From: Chloroflexota bacterium
GTDB taxonomy: Bacteria > Chloroflexota > Dormibacteria > CF-121
Reading direction: 5' to 3'
Assembly: GCA_005882775.1 (NCBI GenBank)
Contig: VBDY01000120.1
Coordinates: forward strand, 3,357 to 67,356
DNA: 64,000 nt
The notes under the pieces are model-generated. The model did not search any database, was not told the DNA's origin, and saw nothing but the letters and a program-made list of their open reading frames with translations. A program made the position numbers and the translations under genes. This document shows, in pieces, positions 59,785 to 64,000 of the stretch (the first letter of the stretch is position 1; each line of letters opens with the position of its first letter).

Positions 59785-60332
59785 GGGGACCTCAGAAAGG
59801 TCAGCCGGGTGGCCCCGTAATCACGAGCACGCACCTCGGTGAGATGTTGCAGTACCGGCAGCGGCTGAGCACGATGATGCTCGACGACCACCAGGGACTC
59901 TTCGCGCAGGGCCAAGCCATCGAGGATGCGCAGCGTCCCGCTCAGGGCCGGCTCGTCCTGGTAAGGCGGGTCCAGAAGGAGCAGGTTGTAATCGGAAAGA
60001 GCCGTCCGGTGTGCTCGAAGCCACTGCGCCACTTCCGCACAGAAGACGTCCCCGTGCTGGGCAAACCCGGTCAAGCGCAAATTTTCGGTCACGATCGTAG
60101 CACAGGCTCGCTCCAAGTCCACAAACGTGGCACGCGCGGCGCCGCGAGACAGTGCCTCGATGCCAAGGGTGCCGGTACCGGCGAACAGGTCGAGGACGCG
60201 TGCACCGCGTATGCTGTCGCCGATGATGTTGAAGAGCGCCTCCCTCACCAGGGCCGTGGTCGGCCTGGTTGCTTTGCCAGGTCGTGTCTTGAGCGCGCGT
60301 CCGCGGGCGACGCCGGCCGTGACGCGGGTCAT
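59781..60332 (-). CDS. rsmD: 16S rRNA (guanine966-N2)-methyltransferase RsmD
   Basis: VLDLFAGTGTLGIEALSRGA and DPPY motifs. Confidence 0.9.
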   Translation of the reverse strand: MTRVTAGVARGRALKTRPGKATRPTTALVREALFNIIGDSIRGARVLDLFAGTGTLGIEALSRGAARATFVDLERACATIVTENLRLTGFAQHGDVFCAEVAQWLRAHRTALSDYNLLLLDPPYQDEPALSGTLRILDGLALREESLVVVEHHRAQPLPVLQHLTEVRARDYGATRLTFLRSP

Positions 60333-60386
60333 GACGATGAGTAAACGGCATTTCCGGTCCGCCGGGGGTGATCCGGCGTAGTTGTC

Positions 60387-60629
60387 ATCGATGCGCTGAT
60401 CGGCATCGTCATCTTCCTCCTGTTCCCGGTGGGAGCAGGCCTGACCATGGGTTGGCTGCTATCCAAGGTCTTCCGGCCGCGCGCGCCGGCGGCCGCGACC
60501 AACCAGGGCCAGAAACCGGACGACAAGCCAAAAGTCGACGGACCCAGGCCGGGCACACCCAGAGCCGTGCCTCCCTCCACGCCCGGCGCCCGACCGAAAG
60601 GGGCGCGCCGGAGCGGCCGCCGGCGTTAG
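60387..60629 (+). CDS. possible small membrane protein with basic Pro-rich tail (questionable)
   Basis: In the 294-bp rsmD-recG gap. The frame gives (V)VVIDALIGIVIFLLFPVGAGLTMGWLL... followed by an R/P/K-rich tail. The first canonical start (GTG at 60429) lies within the TM segment. The stop overlaps the recG stop on the other strand. Confidence 0.25.
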   Translation: MDALIGIVIFLLFPVGAGLTMGWLLSKVFRPRAPAAATNQGQKPDDKPKVDGPRPGTPRAVPPSTPGARPKGARRSGRRR

Positions 60630-62716
60630 TCGAGGGCGAACACCCGGCGGTAGGCCGCGATCTGCCGGCTCAGGGCGGGCTCGGCCCGCAGCAAGGGGTC
60701 GCGATCCAGGAGTCGGGCTGCCTCCTCCTGCACCTCCTTGATCAGGACGGCATCGAGCAGGCCCTCCATCTTGAAGTCGGGCATGCCGTGCTGGCGCAGG
60801 CCGTATAGCTCGCCCATCCCGCGCAGCCGGAGGTCGATCTCGGCCAGGTCGAATCCACTTTGATGATCGACCACCGCCTGGAGCCGCTCCCGCACCTGGG
60901 GATCCTCCTGGTCTGTGAAAAGGAGACAGTACGACTGATGCGCCCCGCGCCCGACCCGGCCCCGGAACTGGTGTAGCTGGGCCAGCCCGAAGCGCTCGGC
61001 GCCCTCCACCATCATCACGGTCGCGTTCGGAATATCGATACCGACCTCGACCACAGAAGTCGTGACCAGGATGGCGACCTCCCCGCGCTGGAACTGGGCC
61101 ATGACCGCCTCCTTCTCGGCCGGCTTGAGGCGCCCGTGAAGCAGGGCGATGCGCCGAGCCAGGTCGGGGAAGACCTGTCCCTGCAGCTTCTCGAGCTCCT
61201 GGGTCGCCGATCGGACGCCCAGCTTGTCGCTCTCCTGGATCAGCGGACAGAGGACGAAAACCTGCCGGCCCGCGGCCACCTGTTCGCGCACGAACGCGTA
61301 GGCATCGTCCCGCCGGTCAGGAGAAACCAGGCGCGTCACCACCGGCCGGCGTCCGGGAGGCATCTCGTCGAGGACGGAGATGTCGAGGTCGCCGTAGAGC
61401 GTGAGGCCGAGGGTTCGCGGGATGGGGGTCGCCGTCATCGATAGGAAATGGGGCGCGTGCTCGCTCTTCTTTCGCAGTGCCAGCCGCTGGCTTACCCCGA
61501 ATCGATGCTGCTCGTCCACCACCACGAAGGCGAGCCGTTTGAACCGGACATCCTCTTCGATCAGGGCGTGGGTCCCTATGACCACGCTCACAGACCCCTC
61601 GGAGATTGCCTGAAGGATGGACGCACGCTGGGCCGGGGGAGTGCTGCCGAGCAGGAGGCCGACCGTCACGCCGAACGGGCGAAGCAGGGTTTCGACCACA
61701 TCGGCATGCTGCCGTGCCAGGATCTCGGTCGGCGCCAGCAGGACAGACTGAAAGCCGGCGCGAGCCGTGTGGTGCGCCGCCATGGTAGCCACCACCGTCT
61801 TCCCCGACCCCACGTCTCCCTCGAGCAGCCGGTTCATGGGGGCCGACTTCTGAAGGTCCTGGAGGATCTGCCAGGCGGCGACTCGCTGAGCGTTCGTCAG
61901 TTTGAAGGGGAGCCCTGAGACGAACGCCCGGGCGGCGGCCTCCTCGAATGGAATCGACACCGCGACCTCGCGCTGGCGGGCACGCTTGGCCTGCTGAGCG
62001 GCTACCTGCAACACAAACATCTCCTCGAAGGCGAGCCGCTCGCGCGCGGCAGATAGAGACGCCTGGTCCTGCGGATAGTGGATCTCGCGCACCGCGGCGG
62101 CGCGGGGAAGGAGGTGGCGGCGGTTGCGGATCTCATCCGGGATGAACTCCTCGAGCCCATCCGCCAGGGGCAACAACGGTCGAATCTTCGGGCGCAGCCA
62201 GCGTGAGGTGAGGCCCGCAGTCTCCGGATAGACCGGCACCAGACGGGCCGCGTGCTGCGGGTCAGCCGATGCCAGCTCGTACTCGGGATTTTTCAGGACC
62301 AGCCTGCCGCGCTCCAGCTCGACCCTGCCGGCAACGAAGACCTCTTCTCCGGGATGGAGTGACTTGGCCACGTACGGCTGGTTGAACCAGACCACCGTGA
62401 GCAGCTTGTTCGAATCGTCAGAGAGGACTGCCTCGGTCAGCCTCATGTGGCGTACCCGTGTCCAGTGTGCATCGATCCGGAGAATCCGCGCCCGGACCGT
62501 CGTCTCGGCCCCGGGCTGGACAAGGCTGATCGGAATCACACTGGAGAAGTCCCTGTGGCGGCGCGGGTAGTGGAGCAGCAGGTCGCGGACGGTGTCGATG
62601 CCCAGCCGATGCAACCGTTCGCCATAGGTCTCACTGACGCGGGCAAGCTCGGTTACCGGCGTCTCCAGCCTCGGGCCGGCTATTGCCGGACGCCTAAGCG
62701 ATGAGGTAGGTGAAGC
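60626..62716 (-). CDS. recG: ATP-dependent DNA helicase RecG
   Basis: Wedge domain, DEAH (VVVDEQHRFG) and helicase C motifs. The ORF tool ATG at 62950 lies 257 nt inside degV. Candidates are TTG at 62716 (23-nt overlap) or CTG at 62668. Confidence 0.9.
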   Translation of the reverse strand, partial: ASPTSSLRRPAIAGPRLETPVTELARVSETYGERLHRLGIDTVRDLLLHYPRRHRDFSSVIPISLVQPGAETTVRARILRIDAHWTRVRHMRLTEAVLSDDSNKLLTVVWFNQPYVAKSLHPGEEVFVAGRVELERGRLVLKNPEYELASADPQHAARLVPVYPETAGLTSRWLRPKIRPLLPLADGLEEFIPDEIRNRRHLLPRAAAVREIHYPQDQASLSAARERLAFEEMFVLQVAAQQAKRARQREVAVSIPFEEAAARAFVSGLPFKLTNAQRVAAWQILQDLQKSAPMNRLLEGDVGSGKTVVATMAAHHTARAGFQSVLLAPTEILARQHADVVETLLRPFGVTVGLLLGSTPPAQRASILQAISEGSVSVVIGTHALIEEDVRFKRLAFVVVDEQHRFGVSQRLALRKKSEHAPHFLSMTATPIPRTLGLTLYGDLDISVLDEMPPGRRPVVTRLVSPDRRDDAYAFVREQVAAGRQVFVLCPLIQESDKLGVRSATQELEKLQGQVFPDLARRIALLHGRLKPAEKEAVMAQFQRGEVAILVTTSVVEVGIDIPNATVMMVEGAERFGLAQLHQFRGRVGRGAHQSYCLLFTDQEDPQVRERLQAVVDHQSGFDLAEIDLRLRGMGELYGLRQHGMPDFKMEGLLDAVLIKEVQEEAARLLDRDPLLRAEPALSRQIAAYRRVFALD

Positions 62717-63524
62717 CAACCACTCCGGGGCCGGTGTAGGTACCGAGGACCGGTCCGATCTCCGCAAGGTGAATCTCCAGGCCGGGGTAGCGAGGCGCGA
62801 CCCGGGCTCGCAGCTGCTGAGCGTCTGTATCGGCGGCTCCGTGCAGCACCGCCAGCCGGGTGAGGTTCGAGTCACGCTCGAGCATCTCAACCAACCGGTC
62901 GAGGGCCTGCGGCCAGCTGCGGGCCCGGCCGAGGGGAACGACCTCGCCATCCTGCACCGTGATCAGCGGCTTGACGTTCAGCAGCGAGCCCAGAAGCGCC
63001 CGCGCCTTGCCGATCCTTCCACCGCGCTCCAGGTAGGTGAGACTGTCCATGGTAGCCAGGATCTTTGCCTTGGGCACCAGTGCCCGAACATGGGCCGCCA
63101 CCTCCTTCAGGCTGGCGCCTGCCTTTGCCTTCTCGGCCCCCTCCAGCGCCAGGAAGCCGAGGGCCATCGAGGCGCTCTCCGAATCGATGACCTCGATATG
63201 GTCCTGGTCCACGGAGCGGGCGGCCATCAGGGCAGAGTTGTAGGTTCCCGATACCTTCGCCGAGAGCAGGACCGCGGCCACCTCGTGGCCGTCCGACCGA
63301 AGCGCGCGAAACGCCTCCTCAAACGCGCCCACCGATGGTTGGGAGGTCCGTGGATGCTGCGAGGACGACTTCAGCTTCTCAAAGAACTCGGCGCCGGTCA
63401 GGTCGACGCGGTCGCGAAAGACCTGGTCGCCGAAGTGAACATTGAGGGGAACGACCGTGATGCCGGCGCTTCGCTGCTGCGCCGAGGTGAGGTCCGCAGT
63501 GGAATCCGTAACGATTCGGACCAC
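62694..63524 (-). CDS. DegV-family fatty-acid-binding protein
   Basis: MVRIVTDSTADL... DegV signature. 276 aa. Confidence 0.85.
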   Translation of the reverse strand: MVRIVTDSTADLTSAQQRSAGITVVPLNVHFGDQVFRDRVDLTGAEFFEKLKSSSQHPRTSQPSVGAFEEAFRALRSDGHEVAAVLLSAKVSGTYNSALMAARSVDQDHIEVIDSESASMALGFLALEGAEKAKAGASLKEVAAHVRALVPKAKILATMDSLTYLERGGRIGKARALLGSLLNVKPLITVQDGEVVPLGRARSWPQALDRLVEMLERDSNLTRLAVLHGAADTDAQQLRARVAPRYPGLEIHLAEIGPVLGTYTGPGVVGFTYLIA

Positions 63525-63606
63525 GCACCGAGTATACGGGCCCTCCCGAGCAACTGACGTCGTGCCGCAATTCGAACCGCAGCATGCCTCGCATACCCTG
63601 ACAGCG

Positions 63607-63933
63607 ATGACCCCCGACCTGCCGGCCGGAGTTCCGAGCCCGATGGCCCAGGCCGCGATCCTTGGGGGATTCCTCGGTTTTCAATCGCTCGACGCCCTGA
63701 CCACGCACCTCGGACTTGCTCTCCAGCACCTCGAGGTCAATGCCCTGATGCGCCCGGTGATCGCCAACCACGGTGAACTGGCCGCCTTTGCCGTCAAGGG
63801 CGCCGCGGTCGGTGTGCTTCTCGCCACCCTGATGCTCCTGCAGCACCGCAAGCCACGCGTCTGGCAGGCGTTTCGCGTAGCCGCCTGGGTAACCGCACTG
63901 GCGGTCACCATCAACGTCATCCAGCTGGTCTGA
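63607..63933 (+). CDS. DUF5658-family small membrane protein
   Basis: ...ILGGFLGFQSLDALTTHLGLALQHLEVNALMRPV... plus TM helices. Divergent from degV. The ORF tool start at 63442 adds Arg-rich junk, and the likely ATG is at 63607. Confidence 0.55.
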   Translation: MTPDLPAGVPSPMAQAAILGGFLGFQSLDALTTHLGLALQHLEVNALMRPVIANHGELAAFAVKGAAVGVLLATLMLLQHRKPRVWQAFRVAAWVTALAVTINVIQLV

Positions 63934-64000
63934 GCCCGGCTGACCCTGCTGCCGGAACTGGCTCAGTGCCTACTCGACGGCGAGGACATAGGGATAGAGC

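Noticed and set aside
63970-64000. Partial minus-strand gene 3' end at the window edge (...LYPYVLAVE*)
   Set aside because: Only ~10 codons are visible, which is too short to call.

Overview
High-GC (~65-70%) bacterial chromosomal segment. Gene content and order are Bacillus/Terrabacteria-like: plsC-cmk-rluB-scpAB, nusB-xseB-tlyA-nadK, alaS-ruvX-DUF1292-mltG, aspS-hisS, rpsB-tsf-pyrH-frr-uppS-cdsA-dxr-rseP-proS, dprA-topA, and rpmF-fabD-fabG-acpP-rnc-smc-ftsY-ylxM-ffh-rpsP-KH-rimM-trmD-rplS-rnhB. Almost everything is on the minus strand in very long runs linked by 1-8 nt start/stop overlaps (ATGA, GTGA, TGATG, GTGGGTAA). Most large plus-strand ORFs are Arg/Pro/Gly-rich antisense shadows. There are no mobile elements, CRISPR arrays, rRNA or tRNA genes, and no T-box leaders upstream of alaS, hisS-aspS or proS. 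Things worth a second look: (1) Several genes (nusB, a Nudix CoA-pyrophosphatase, a DUF948-like gene coupled to an anti-sigma gene, rluB, rnc, and possibly fabD, recG and rnhB) have conserved N-terminal coding sequence upstream of the first in-frame ATG/GTG/TTG. For three of them a CTG with a correctly spaced SD gives a textbook N-terminus. nusB lies in frame directly after the Asp23 TAG stop. (2) An FtsA-like actin-fold ATPase and a 542-aa bitopic membrane protein are inserted into the alaS-ruvX-mltG operon. (3) A sigB/F-type sigma operon has an anti-sigma kinase but no anti-anti-sigma, preceded by sigB-like and TATAAT promoter elements. (4) A Pro-Thr-repeat membrane-tethered protein is coupled to a Cache-HAMP-GAF-GAF-GGDEF cyclase next to relA. 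(5) An 18-bp AT-rich palindrome (NrdR-box-like) sits in the 40-bp divergent region upstream of comM-dprA-topA. (6) An orphan secreted beta-rich protein has its own perfect terminator.
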